From a virus (Duplodnaviria > Heunggongvirae > Uroviricota > Caudoviricetes), in IMG/VR virus record IMGVR_UViG_3300042894_001948: a stretch of DNA of 64,000 bases; one strand, given 5' to 3'. Below the pieces are notes generated by a model. That model saw nothing but the letters and a program-made list of their open reading frames with translations, searched no databases and had not been told where the DNA came from. Positions 10,743 through 21,052 of the stretch are shown piece by piece (the first letter of the stretch is position 1; the number at the start of each line of letters is the position of its first letter). The translations under genes and the position numbers were made by a program.

Positions 10743-11381
10743 ATGGCATTTAAAGTAGCATACTTTACACCAACAGTTATTGCAGCAGATCAAGTACCAC
10801 CTGTTGAATTTAGTAAATTATTTAACTTAGCAGAAGAGTTGCATAGTCATTCAGAATTACACGAAAGTGATAATCCATTTGTTAGTGTACGCGGAGGACA
10901 ACATATTCAGATATACCCTGCAAGAGTTGAATTAGATGTATCATGGTTAACAACATGGTTAGAAAAAGTTGCACAAGATTATATGGATATTGTAATAGAC
11001 CAATCTGGTACTCAAGATCTTAAATTATGTAAACCGGTAATTACTAATGTGTGGACTACTAGACAATACGAAGGCGATTATCACGAAATGCATACCCATT
11101 TAGGCAGCAATATTAGCGGAAATATATATATTAGTGCGCCTGATTTATCATCAACAAGCAATGCATCAGATGGGAAATTTGTATTAAAATTACCACAAAC
11201 AAAAGATATCTCTAGATTTGTTATGCACGATGCATGGCAAACAGAACCATCGCCTGGAACGTTTGTAGTGTTTCCAAGTTGTTTATCACACACTGTATAT
11301 CCATGGACCGGTGATGGTCATAGAACAGTTGTATCGTTTGAGGCATCACTTACTCCAATTAAAGACGAGGATACAGAATGA
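10743..11381 (+). CDS. 2OG-Fe(II) oxygenase-like protein
   Basis: W.....GDYHEMHTH...ISG..YI and PG..VVFPS.L.H.V.P....R.VVSF motifs. Confidence 0.75.
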   Translation: MAFKVAYFTPTVIAADQVPPVEFSKLFNLAEELHSHSELHESDNPFVSVRGGQHIQIYPARVELDVSWLTTWLEKVAQDYMDIVIDQSGTQDLKLCKPVITNVWTTRQYEGDYHEMHTHLGSNISGNIYISAPDLSSTSNASDGKFVLKLPQTKDISRFVMHDAWQTEPSPGTFVVFPSCLSHTVYPWTGDGHRTVVSFEASLTPIKDEDTE

Positions 11382-11875
11382 GCAAAGAAGAATTAAGCGA
11401 AAAGGTAGAATTAAAACAAAAGATTAATGCAGTTGATTTAGGCCTTAATGACTTATGGGATATGCTTGACGAAAGTAACCAAAAAGCACTTAAAGGCGAA
11501 TTGTTTATTTTAAATCGATATATTAGTAATGTTAAAGGTCAATCTCGAGAAATAAAAGAACATTACGTTGAATCAGTAAATGGTTGTTATAATAGATACT
11601 GGTTTGATTTACAAAAACACCCTAAGCTATTATGGATGTTACTATGTATGTGTTCGTATGATAAAGAACAAACATTCTTTCACGAATGGATTGGATTTAA
11701 GAAAAAAGGTAATGTTGATAATAAAAAAGTTGCATTCTTATCTGAATTGCATCCTAGTATGAAAATGAAAGAAGTTGAGATGCTTGCATCATTAACAACA
11801 GATAAAGAATTAGTCAACCTTGCTAAAGAATACGGGTTTGATGATAAAGAAATTAAAAAGAAATTGAAAAAATGA
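11378..11875 (+). CDS. Hypothetical protein, possibly clamp-loader small subunit (gp62-like)
   Basis: Size and pattern (LNRYIS...HPKLLW.LL...FHEWI..KKK) resemble gp62; weak. Confidence 0.4.
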   Translation: MSKEELSEKVELKQKINAVDLGLNDLWDMLDESNQKALKGELFILNRYISNVKGQSREIKEHYVESVNGCYNRYWFDLQKHPKLLWMLLCMCSYDKEQTFFHEWIGFKKKGNVDNKKVAFLSELHPSMKMKEVEMLASLTTDKELVNLAKEYGFDDKEIKKKLKK

Positions 11876-12564
11876 ATCTAGCAACTTCCAAACCATTCCA
11901 ATGTCAATACTGCAACAGTAAATTTGTAAAAGAATCTACGCTTGCAGTACATGTCTGCGAGCCAAAACGTAGAGCATTAGCACAACGAGATAAGCACGTA
12001 GTATTAGGGTTTGAAACGTATAACACATTTTATCAAAAAACACAAAACTTCCATGGTAAGAAAACATATGATGACTTTTGTAAAAGCCCATATTACAATG
12101 CATTTGTTAAGTTTGGAAGTTTTGTTAGTAACGTAAAACCATTGTATCCTGATAAGTTTATAACTTATGTAGTTACTAGTGGAGTTAAATTAGATCATTG
12201 GTGTAGAGATGATCTATACGACAAATACGTTGTAGACTTAATTAGAACAGAATCTGTAGAAACTGCATTAGAACGTAGTATTACTCACATGTTAGCGTGG
12301 AGTGATGCTAATAATTCACAATGGAATCATTATTTCTCATACGTAAGTTTAAATAGAGCAATGTACGATATTAAAGATGGTAAGATTAGTCCGTGGATTG
12401 TATTAAATTCTAATCAAGGCAAGCTAATGATAAAACGTTTTAATGACGAACAGCTTGCAGCAGTGAGTAATGTGTTAGATATACCATTTTGGTTTACTAA
12501 GTTTAAACATTTGCCACACGATGTAGAGCTTGTAAAGACTGTGGTTACAGAGAGTAATCTATGA
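11872..12564 (+). CDS. Hypothetical protein with N-terminal C2H2/C2HC zinc finger
   Basis: FQCQYCNSKFVKESTLAVHVC. Confidence 0.7.
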   Translation: MNLATSKPFQCQYCNSKFVKESTLAVHVCEPKRRALAQRDKHVVLGFETYNTFYQKTQNFHGKKTYDDFCKSPYYNAFVKFGSFVSNVKPLYPDKFITYVVTSGVKLDHWCRDDLYDKYVVDLIRTESVETALERSITHMLAWSDANNSQWNHYFSYVSLNRAMYDIKDGKISPWIVLNSNQGKLMIKRFNDEQLAAVSNVLDIPFWFTKFKHLPHDVELVKTVVTESNL

Positions 12565-12618
12565 ACATAAATATTGAGGTTGTAATAAAACCGCTTTATA
12601 ATTGGAGGTTCTTCACAT

Positions 12619-13191
12619 ATGCCAGACATTGATTTAGATTTCTTTGACAGATCAACTGCGTTATCAAAGATCAAACATGTCACGGCAGCCATTAGAAACG
12701 AAAACGCTTTTAAGAAACATAACACCGGCATTTATTGTCAAAGTATTCCGCATAATCCTATCTCAGGAGTGAGTACAATTGACTATAAAGAAGCCGAGGA
12801 TAGGGGTTATTTTAAGATTGATTTTTTAAATGTTAGCATATACAAAGACATTAAAGATAATGATCATTTACTACACTTAATGGGAATTGAACCAATATGG
12901 GAACTACTACTTCAAGAAGATTTTGTAAATCTACTATTTCATATAAACGGGCACACAGATATTCTGAAACAGATGCAGCCGACTTCGGTGGAACAATTAG
13001 CTGCAGTCCTAGCTATGATAAGACCGGCGAAACGTTATTTGATTGGGAAAGAATGGACTACGGTGATGAACGAAATATGGGGACACACCGACGCTGACAC
13101 CGGTTATGCATTTCGTAAATCTCATGCAATAGCGTATGCTATGGCAATTATTGTACAAATGAATTTAATATGTGATCAGGTTAACGGGTAG
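12619..13191 (+). CDS. Miniature DNA polymerase III alpha (DnaE)-like protein
   Basis: PDIDLDF, KHNTGIY, KIDFL, LAMIRP, YAFRKSHAIAYA: collinear DnaE motifs in 190 aa. Confidence 0.8.
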   Translation: MPDIDLDFFDRSTALSKIKHVTAAIRNENAFKKHNTGIYCQSIPHNPISGVSTIDYKEAEDRGYFKIDFLNVSIYKDIKDNDHLLHLMGIEPIWELLLQEDFVNLLFHINGHTDILKQMQPTSVEQLAAVLAMIRPAKRYLIGKEWTTVMNEIWGHTDADTGYAFRKSHAIAYAMAIIVQMNLICDQVNG

Positions 13192-13558
13192 GTTTTCGGA
13201 CGAGTTGGACAGATTTTCGTTTAACTCGTTTAACTGTTAGGTTCATTAAATTAACTACTGGACCTAATATAATGCGGGTATCTTTACTATTGAATGTTTT
13301 AATAGCATACGCAAACGGTCGTATTTCCTCTCTACAAAAAATAGAAATTGGAAATTGTCGATTTGATTCCCACCACCATATCTCTCCTATTTCTAAAAAA
13401 GAAGCTTTGCCTTCAGCAGTCTGAATTGCATTTAAATCGTAAAAACTAGTTACATACTGATCTTGGTTAATGATTATACCAACATACTCGTCGCTTCCGT
13501 AGTTTAATACGCTAATAAATGGTAAATTTTGTTCTATGTTATCTCTTAAGTTTGCCAT
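13181..13558 (-). CDS. Hypothetical protein
   Basis: 125-aa ORF, WWWESNR..PI motif; only minus-strand gene in the core block. Confidence 0.7.
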   Translation of the reverse strand: MANLRDNIEQNLPFISVLNYGSDEYVGIIINQDQYVTSFYDLNAIQTAEGKASFLEIGEIWWWESNRQFPISIFCREEIRPFAYAIKTFNSKDTRIILGPVVNLMNLTVKRVKRKSVQLVRKPTR

Positions 13559-13582
13559 AAATATATATAAAGGATATTGCCA

Positions 13583-14389
13583 ATGCAAAAAATATCAAGC
13601 TATTTATACCCAAACCGAGTCGAGCTTATTGCTGATCTGGTTGGGTTCACAGTGGAGTTTACATCAGTGTATCAAAGAAACGTAAAAATTTATAATGGTA
13701 TTGACAATACCATTGAGTTCGACATTAAAAATGCAGATCAAAAACGAATTGATTTAACTACAGTAAGTGTTATCTCATTAAACGTAATGGATGCATCCGG
13801 TAATGAATTACCTAACAGTCCGTATGTCATTAACCCTATTCCTGCAAAAAAAGGAATAGGATATACTACTATTCCGCAAGCTGACTTAGATGAGTTAACT
13901 CCTCAGTTTCTAAAATATAGCGTTACTGCAGTTAAAGACGGTAGAGATGTTATGATGTATGCTGATACAAAATTTGGAGCTGTAGGTACTATTGAGTTAA
14001 TAGGTAATGCTATGCCTACATTCCGCGATGATAGAATATACAAAACATTTACCGGTGAAATTGATTTTATGGGGAATGTTGTATATCACACTAGTTCTAT
14101 CCCTGCTACATTTTACGAATCAGTACCTACAACACAACTGTCATTTGAAATTGCAATATCAGGATTTGTTGGAAAGATATGGCTAGAAGGAACTACTGCA
14201 TCAACCATTAGTGTTAATTCGTACTTACACGCACAACAACTTGCATCACAATCTATATTGTTAGCAAGATCAACTCCTGTTATTTTTAATAACATTGATG
14301 TTGCATATTTTAAATACTTTAGAATATTGTATCAAGGAAATCATCCTATCAACCCAACCGGTAAGGTTGACAAAGTTACTGTTTCATAG
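13583..14389 (+). CDS. Hypothetical protein, beta-rich, probable structural
   Basis: ATAAATA and AAGGA upstream; 268 aa. Confidence 0.6.
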   Translation: MQKISSYLYPNRVELIADLVGFTVEFTSVYQRNVKIYNGIDNTIEFDIKNADQKRIDLTTVSVISLNVMDASGNELPNSPYVINPIPAKKGIGYTTIPQADLDELTPQFLKYSVTAVKDGRDVMMYADTKFGAVGTIELIGNAMPTFRDDRIYKTFTGEIDFMGNVVYHTSSIPATFYESVPTTQLSFEIAISGFVGKIWLEGTTASTISVNSYLHAQQLASQSILLARSTPVIFNNIDVAYFKYFRILYQGNHPINPTGKVDKVTVS

Positions 14390-14422
14390 TATAATACAAC
14401 TTTAAACTAACACATACCTATC

Positions 14423-15406
14423 ATGAACCTTATTACAGATACATTACGAATGTACTGGACTACTGGTAGGCGAACTAAGACAACTCCAAGTGGATGGATA
14501 ACTGGCAACGCTCCTTGTTGCCAGGATACCCGCCAACGTGGTGGATTTATCATTAATGACGGTGACGCCGTAACATTTCACTGTTTTAATTGTAGCTTTA
14601 AGGCTAGTTGGCAACCAGGTCGGCACATTAGTAAAAATATGAAATCACTTATGCTTTACTTAAACATGAGTGACAGCGAAATTAGTAAACTTACATTAGA
14701 AGCATTCCGTCTAGAATCATCAGAAACTTATGTGATGAAAACAATGATGCCTACATTTGAGTTAAGAGCTATGCCAATTGACGCAAAACCTATTACCTCA
14801 TATTTAGATAATATACCTAATAAACTAATGCCAGTATTAGAATATCTTGCTAAAAGAAATTTGTACTTAGAAGATTACCCGTTTTACTGGACTCCTAAAA
14901 CTGGGTTTAATGATAGACTTATTATTCCATTCTTTTATGAAAAACGTATTGTAGGCTACACTGGCAGACTTATAAATCCTAGCAGTAAACTACCAAGATA
15001 CTTGTCAGAACAACAACCGGATTACGTATTTAATTTAGATAGTCAAACACACGACCGTGCATTTGTTATTGTATGCGAAGGTCCATTTGATGCAATTAGC
15101 ATTGGCGGCTGTGCTATACTAGGATCACAGATAAAAGAAAAACAAGACTGGCTGCTAAAGAGATTAAACAAAGAAATTATATTAGTACCAGATAAGGACC
15201 ACGAAGGACCTAAAACTGTAGAACAAGCAATAGATTATGGATGGTCTGTTAGTATGCCGGATTGGCCAGACGGCATTAAAGATGTTAACGATGCAGTCAT
15301 TAAGATAGGAAGGTTAGCTACGCTCTGGCTAATTATCAATGCAAAACAGTCTTATTCACTTAAGATTAGATTAAGAGCAAAGCAATTTTTTAAGGACATT
15401 AAATGA
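14423..15406 (+). CDS. DNA primase (gp61/DnaG-like)
   Basis: Zn-ribbon (PCC...HCFNC), RLIIPF, TOPRIM CEGPFDA, PDKD, KDVND. Confidence 0.9.
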   Translation: MNLITDTLRMYWTTGRRTKTTPSGWITGNAPCCQDTRQRGGFIINDGDAVTFHCFNCSFKASWQPGRHISKNMKSLMLYLNMSDSEISKLTLEAFRLESSETYVMKTMMPTFELRAMPIDAKPITSYLDNIPNKLMPVLEYLAKRNLYLEDYPFYWTPKTGFNDRLIIPFFYEKRIVGYTGRLINPSSKLPRYLSEQQPDYVFNLDSQTHDRAFVIVCEGPFDAISIGGCAILGSQIKEKQDWLLKRLNKEIILVPDKDHEGPKTVEQAIDYGWSVSMPDWPDGIKDVNDAVIKIGRLATLWLIINAKQSYSLKIRLRAKQFFKDIK

Positions 15407-16815
15407 AACAAAACGTAGACTATGGATATGATATACAGAAGTTATATTTAGAAATGATGATAAGTGACGCAGCTACGTTTGTTAGGTGTCAGTCAATATT
15501 TGATCATTCATTATTTGATCGCAAGTTACAAAAGTCTGCAGAATTTATAAATGAATACGTTGAAGAACATAATGTAATGCCAACATTTGATATTATCAAT
15601 GCAGCTACACAGAGCGAATTTAAAGATGTAGAAGGACTCAAAGAAGAACATTACGATTGGCTATTAGTGGACTTTGAAACATTTATTAGACACAAAGGTC
15701 TTGAAAGAGCTATTAACGAATCAGCCGACTTACTTGAAAAAGGTGAATATGGCCCAGTAGAAGAAAAGATTAAGAAAGCAGTACAAATCGGTTTACAAAA
15801 AGATTTAGGTACTGATTACTTTGCTAATCCACGTGAACGACTTATGAAGATTAAAGATAAGAACGGACAGGTATCTACTGGTTGGAAAAACATGGACGAT
15901 AAACTCTTTGGTGGCATGAATAGGGGCGAACTTAATATTTTTGCAGGCGGATCAGGTGCTGGTAAAAGTTTATTCTTAGCTAACTTAGGTGTTAACTGGG
16001 CACTAGCAGGATATAATGTAGTGTACTTAACATTAGAACTTAGTGAAGAACTTGTATCAATGCGTGTAGATAGTATGATAACAGGTATCTCAACTAGAGA
16101 AATATTTAAAAACATCGAAGATGTAGAACTTAAAGTTAAAATGATTGGTAAGAAGTCCGGATCATTACAAGTAAAATATATGCCATCCGGCAAGACAGCA
16201 AACGATATTAGATCATACTTAAAAGAATACGAAATTAAAACAGATAGAAAAGTCGACGTACTACTAGTAGATTATTTGGACTTGCTAATGCCAATGAGTA
16301 AAAAGATTAGCCCAGCAGATTTATATATTAAAGACAAATATGTAAGTGAGGAATTAAGAAATTTGGCGGTAGAAAAGAACTGTGTATTTGTAACTGCAGC
16401 ACAGCTTAATAGAGGTGCAGTAGAAGAAGTAGAGTTTGACCATAGTCATATCTCAGGCGGATTAAGTAAAATTCAAACTGCTGATAATGTGTTTGGTATC
16501 TTTACAAGTAGAGCAATGCGTGAGCGTGGTAGATATCAAATTCAGCTTATGAAAACACGTAGTAGTTCCGGCGTTGGTATGAAGATTGACTTAGGGTATG
16601 ATATTGATACATTACGCATTACAGATATAGATGAAGAACAAGGCTACGGTAGTGCAAATACACCATCTGCAGGAAATGCATTACTAAATTCAATTAAGGC
16701 ACGTAATACTACCGTAGATCCACAAGATGGCAAACCTGTAGCAAAAGTTAATGCTAGTATACAAAGCACAGCACTTAGAGACCTGATAAACAATTTAGAT
16801 ACAGACGATTTTTAG
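15403..16815 (+). CDS. Replicative DnaB-family helicase (gp41-like)
   Basis: GGSGAGKS, TLELSE, VDYLDL, AQLNR, KTR motifs. Confidence 0.92.
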   Translation: MKQNVDYGYDIQKLYLEMMISDAATFVRCQSIFDHSLFDRKLQKSAEFINEYVEEHNVMPTFDIINAATQSEFKDVEGLKEEHYDWLLVDFETFIRHKGLERAINESADLLEKGEYGPVEEKIKKAVQIGLQKDLGTDYFANPRERLMKIKDKNGQVSTGWKNMDDKLFGGMNRGELNIFAGGSGAGKSLFLANLGVNWALAGYNVVYLTLELSEELVSMRVDSMITGISTREIFKNIEDVELKVKMIGKKSGSLQVKYMPSGKTANDIRSYLKEYEIKTDRKVDVLLVDYLDLLMPMSKKISPADLYIKDKYVSEELRNLAVEKNCVFVTAAQLNRGAVEEVEFDHSHISGGLSKIQTADNVFGIFTSRAMRERGRYQIQLMKTRSSSGVGMKIDLGYDIDTLRITDIDEEQGYGSANTPSAGNALLNSIKARNTTVDPQDGKPVAKVNASIQSTALRDLINNLDTDDF

Positions 16816-16817
16816 CA

Positions 16818-16824
16818 TAAATAC
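16818..16824 (+). promoter_or_regulatory. Putative T4-like late promoter core ATAAATA (also ~249, ~4548, ~13557)
   Basis: Resembles T4 TATAAATA; lies 10-30 nt before putative structural genes. Confidence 0.4.
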
Positions 16825-16850
16825 TAGAAATTATATTTAAAGGATTTACA

Positions 16851-18623
16851 ATGCTCTTAAGAGAATTATATGAACTAGACATTATAGAAGCTAGAACCAA
16901 ACCGGCACAGAATCCAAAGGTATCTGCATATGAAAAACTTTTACCATATAAAGATGACCCGGATATCTACATAACATTTACAAGTTTAAACAAAGCAGGT
17001 ATAAACCCAAAGTCGGCGTTTAATACGCCTAATGGTGTTTATACCTTTCCGTTAGCATTAACCTGGGAAATGTATGAAGTAGACCGATATAAGGATTTTA
17101 CTCAATATCCAGATTTTGTTGCTGGACGTCCGTACATACAAGTACTTAAATATACCGGAGCAGGCAGATCACTAGTTATATCTAGCAACCCAAACACTTC
17201 TAACTATACTGAAGATGACTTAGAAAAAGATTTAGCTAAACTGCAAAAACAATATCATCTTAGTGACGAAGCTATAGGCAGAAAGAAAACCAGTGCTACA
17301 GAATTCCAAGGTTACTATGACGGTACATTCCCAACACAAGGCCCTGCTGCGATACTATGGACTGTTACTAGATCTATAGCTTATGATAAATTACACAAAC
17401 GCAAAGAGTCTAGATCCGGCTACGATTACCAAGACGATAATAAAGACCCTGCAACACGCGTAACTAACGATTGGTCTTCTGTATTCCGCGGAATAGGCAT
17501 TCAACTAGTAGTTGACGAATTTCATGCTGTTATACATGACGCAGAACCATGCCAGGCTGTGTTCTTTAGTTCAAAAGCATTTAAACATGTAGACACTGCC
17601 CTTGTTACTAGAAAACAAGAAAACAGATCAAAGTCTAAATCAATTGACATTGACCGCGTAATTGATTACACAGAAAGAAATGGCAGAGACGAAAAAGTAG
17701 AACAATACCTTTTAAAGTTTGCTTCCATAGGAGATTGCTTTACGTATTGGAATAATGTACTAGAATTAGCAAGATGGCCAGGTTTTGAAGTTAGAATACT
17801 TAATGAAAACAATCAACCGATATTTAGAGAGTACGTTGGGCAGGTACAAGAACGCTGCCCAGAGATTGAACCTGAGATACTTAAAAGAATGCCATTCTCA
17901 AGTAATAGATATTCATATTTTTATGTTAGGGATAATGTTACTACTCCGTGGCCCGAAGCTGAACCTAGCATGCTAGAAAGCAACAATCCTGAACTATTAA
18001 TTGACTACGCTACTAATGTACTTAAAAAACGTTGGCCCGCAGCTGAAGAAAAATTAGTAGAATGGTTACATCTTGATTTACTTGCCAGCTATTATGATCA
18101 AGTATCTGAACTAATCGAATACGCTAGACGATTTGGCTTAACTGATTGGCCAGCGTTAGCACAAGACATATTAGAATATAATCATCCCCATAAAGCACAA
18201 CTAGCAGCACTATACGCAGCACGAGTAATGAACCAACGTTGGCCTGAGGCTGAACCTATTATTAAAACCAATCTAGCAGTATGGGGCCAATACGCTGTTA
18301 AATTCCCTTCAGTGTTGGGTATAGAGAATACTGAAGATGTGAGCGGTTTTGAACAATGGAGTGAGTACTTTAGCAAAAAAGGATCTACTGGAATTAATAG
18401 TCTAGATCCAACTCAAATAACTCCAGTAGTAATGCAAGCATACGTTACAATTGTTCCGAGAGCAATATTTCTGTTTGCTGTTCCCGTAATGATTGCTGCA
18501 GCTAGAGATCCGGCTATAGCTGACATAGTGTACAAAGGACTGCAAATGCATGGTATGAATATTACACCTGAAGAGTTTCAAAAACGAGTTGATTCGCATA
18601 AAGCTAATACGGAAAATCAATGA
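16851..18623 (+). CDS. Hypothetical protein with internal (R)WPEAEP repeats, probable virion protein
   Basis: ATAAATA upstream; MLLRELYE start; about six WP..E repeats. Confidence 0.6.
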   Translation: MLLRELYELDIIEARTKPAQNPKVSAYEKLLPYKDDPDIYITFTSLNKAGINPKSAFNTPNGVYTFPLALTWEMYEVDRYKDFTQYPDFVAGRPYIQVLKYTGAGRSLVISSNPNTSNYTEDDLEKDLAKLQKQYHLSDEAIGRKKTSATEFQGYYDGTFPTQGPAAILWTVTRSIAYDKLHKRKESRSGYDYQDDNKDPATRVTNDWSSVFRGIGIQLVVDEFHAVIHDAEPCQAVFFSSKAFKHVDTALVTRKQENRSKSKSIDIDRVIDYTERNGRDEKVEQYLLKFASIGDCFTYWNNVLELARWPGFEVRILNENNQPIFREYVGQVQERCPEIEPEILKRMPFSSNRYSYFYVRDNVTTPWPEAEPSMLESNNPELLIDYATNVLKKRWPAAEEKLVEWLHLDLLASYYDQVSELIEYARRFGLTDWPALAQDILEYNHPHKAQLAALYAARVMNQRWPEAEPIIKTNLAVWGQYAVKFPSVLGIENTEDVSGFEQWSEYFSKKGSTGINSLDPTQITPVVMQAYVTIVPRAIFLFAVPVMIAAARDPAIADIVYKGLQMHGMNITPEEFQKRVDSHKANTENQ

Positions 18624-18715
18624 AACTAATAGATGGCGCTTTTTAAAACAATGACAACACTTTGACCCTGCGAAGCAGGCGGTAAGCAAAAATTTATAAC
18701 TTTAAATAGCCACTT

Positions 18716-18747
18716 AAAATAAAACCAGCAACAGCTGGTTTTATTTT
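18716..18747. terminator. Bidirectional intrinsic terminator
   Basis: AAAATAAAACCAGC-AACA-GCTGGTTTTATTTT between convergent genes. Confidence 0.8.
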
Positions 18748-18893
18748 GGCCACCGGCCCAAAACTTTGTCCTTATGGTTAGGTCTCGGCCCTATATGGTG
18801 AATCCACTGTTTAGTCACTGTTTAGACGATTTAGGCGCACACAGTATTATCACCATTTTTTAAGTTTTTGAAACCATTTGAACACCGTAGCGA

Positions 18894-19112
18894 TTATTGA
18901 CTACGGTTGTTTATGGCTTCCCTAACTTCACTTATGGATGATTCCAGCCTTGAGATTTGACGCGCTTGACGTTCTACCGTTTCCATTAGACGGTTGACTA
19001 GCGTATAGAGATGGCTAGAATCACTGTGCATAAACTTACTGCTACCATTTTCAAACTCTATGCGGCCCGGGACTACGCTGTTCGGGACCGGCTCTTGATT
19101 ATATTGTTCCAT
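18894..19112 (-). CDS. Small coiled-coil hypothetical protein
   Basis: GGAG SD, 72 aa, heptad C-terminus. Confidence 0.6.
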   Translation of the reverse strand: MEQYNQEPVPNSVVPGRIEFENGSSKFMHSDSSHLYTLVNRLMETVERQARQISRLESSISEVREAINNRSQ

Positions 19113-19172
19113 ATTAACTCCACTGTGTGTATACTGTATATATCACTGTAGAGATCGTTACGGGCCGGACTG

Positions 19173-19345
19173 TGAGCCCGAAAGGGTCCTAGGGGTCTAA
19201 AAAATTTCCCGCGCAAAAAATTTGAAACCGGAATTGTAGAGGAAGGGTGGCTTTTACAGTGAGCCCAAAATGGGTCCTGTGGGGTTTAAAAAATTCTTGC
19301 GCTAAAATTTAGAAAGAAGTACTTACAGATTCAGAGGGGTGATTT
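19173..19345. repeat. Two imperfect ~87-bp direct repeats
   Basis: TGAGCCC.AAA.GGGTCCT..GGGGT.TAAAAAATT...GCGC.AAAA.TTT.GAAA...GAGGGTG at ~19173 and ~19260. Confidence 0.7.
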
Positions 19346-19389
19346 CCTACCTATGGGGCTTTTTTTAGGAGTTGTTGCGTTTAAAAAAA

Positions 19390-19500
19390 TTTGTTGTTTT
19401 TTTACAACTATGCCGGCCGGCCGTTGTTTTTTTACAACATTTTGTTGTTTTTTTACAACAATGTTGTTGTTGTTTTTTTACAACATTTTGTTGTTTTTAT
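19390..19500. repeat. Four GTTGTTTTTTTACAAC hairpin-like repeats around a GCCGGCCGGC palindrome
   Basis: Directly visible. Confidence 0.8.
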
Positions 19501-19601
19501 GCAATATACGCTAAATTGCGTTTAAATGCGCGTTATAGCGTTTTTTTATTTTAGTGCTACGTTAGCATTGCTTAAAGTTTTAACGCGCGTTAAAGCGCAT
19601 T

Positions 19602-19762
19602 TATGCGCTTGCTATGCGCTTGCTATGCGCTTGCTATGCTATGCGCTTGCTATGCGCTTGCTATGCGCTTGCTATGCTATGCGCTTGCTATGCTATGCGC
19701 TTGCTATGCTATGCGCTTGCTATGCGCTTGCTATGCGCTTGCTATGCTATGCGCTTGCTATA
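19602..19762. repeat. Tandem (GCGCTT)GCTAT microsatellite-like array
   Basis: Mixed 11-bp and 5-bp units over ~160 bp. Confidence 0.95.
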
Positions 19763-20057
19763 TATAGCACTAAAAAAGCGCATTAAATGCAAGCTATGCG
19801 CAATAAATGCGCATTAGTTAAAATTATTTTTAACGTGTAAACTATTGTTTTTTATACACTTTTTTTTAAAATGCGTGTTTTATTGCGCTTTTTTTGTGCT
19901 ATATAAAAAAAATAATTTTACATTTTTTTTTAACGTGCTAAACTATGCACAAGTTTTAAAAACAAGCATTATTTTAAAACTTATGCTTTTTAACAATTTA
20001 ATTAAATCTCTTTGCACTATTTTGGTGCAAAGTAACACTACTTTAAAGGATATTATC

Positions 20058-20489
20058 ATGTCAAATATTGCACAACAATCAGTCATCAATACACGCGCTA
20101 ACGGTGCAAAATCAGTGCAAGGCGTAGGCGTATCTAAACACGCCCGCTTAGGTTATAAAGCACGTTTTTCGGGCGAAGGTTTAACATGCGCCGCACGTTT
20201 TAACCACCTTAACAAAGTTAAGGAAAACGGCATACACGCGCATGATGAAGTGTTTATGATGCAATTAAATCGTGCGGTGAGTGAATTAACTGCCGCACTA
20301 TTCATGCGCAACCAATTCGATAAACGTGCTAATACATGCACTGAAAAGGGTTGGTATAATGGTTATACTGAAAACCATTTAAATGCAATTATTGCATTTA
20401 TTAACTCACACTCACAAAGTGCTATTGCACAAAGTGAGGGCGAATTAGAAGGATTGGACGTGGTAGAAAAAGAGGGTATTTTCGGCTAA
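20058..20489 (+). CDS. Hypothetical protein, distant paralog of 27668..28075 and 45236..45745
   Basis: AAGGA SD; GVS....YKAR motif. Confidence 0.65.
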   Translation: MSNIAQQSVINTRANGAKSVQGVGVSKHARLGYKARFSGEGLTCAARFNHLNKVKENGIHAHDEVFMMQLNRAVSELTAALFMRNQFDKRANTCTEKGWYNGYTENHLNAIIAFINSHSQSAIAQSEGELEGLDVVEKEGIFG

Positions 20490-20553
20490 CGCTCAATAAT
20501 GGTGCATCATCATGGTGATGATGCACTTTTTTAACACATTAAGGAAATTAAAC

Positions 20554-20772
20554 ATGAAAGTATTACTAAGTAAAGATTTAATCGCACTCATTCAGAGCAT
20601 GGACGAAAGCGAATATAATAACGAATTGCACTTAATCCGCACTGAAAATGGGATTGCAATAGGGTTATATGATACAGATACATTTAACGCTACATTGTAC
20701 AAAGATGTATGCACGCTAGATAATGATGCACTAACAACGGGCATAATACCAATTAAGTTTTTGAATTTATAA
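20554..20772 (+). CDS. Hypothetical protein
   Basis: AAGGA SD; followed by terminator. Confidence 0.6.
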   Translation: MKVLLSKDLIALIQSMDESEYNNELHLIRTENGIAIGLYDTDTFNATLYKDVCTLDNDALTTGIIPIKFLNL

Positions 20773-20779
20773 CAAATAT

Positions 20780-20810
20780 AGTGCAACTCGAAAGGGTTGC
20801 ACTTTTTTAT
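20780..20810 (+). terminator. Intrinsic terminator
   Basis: AGTGCAACTC-GAAA-GGGTTGCACT followed by T-run. Confidence 0.85.
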
Positions 20811-20976
20811 TTTGTTTTATAGCACTAAAACAGTGCATAATAAAACACATACTTAACTCGTACCGTAATCGTATAGACCACGATGGCCGGTATCGATGTC
20901 AACCATTCGATATCAAATCGTTCCATTCTACTAATACCATTCATGCATCTACCAATCCTTTCCACTGTGTCTTCTT

Positions 20977-21052
20977 CGGCATTCCGGTTTAGATATAATA
21001 AAAGCTATCGGCATTCCGGTTTAGATATAATAAAAGCTATCGGCATTCCGGT
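20977..21052 (+). repeat. 32-bp tandem repeat containing CGGCATTCCGGT (x3 cores)
   Basis: Cores at 20977, 21009, 21041. Confidence 0.9.

Noticed and set aside
19526-19817. ORFs 19526..19786 and 19614..19817
   Set aside because: Translations of the GCTAT microsatellite; no RBS
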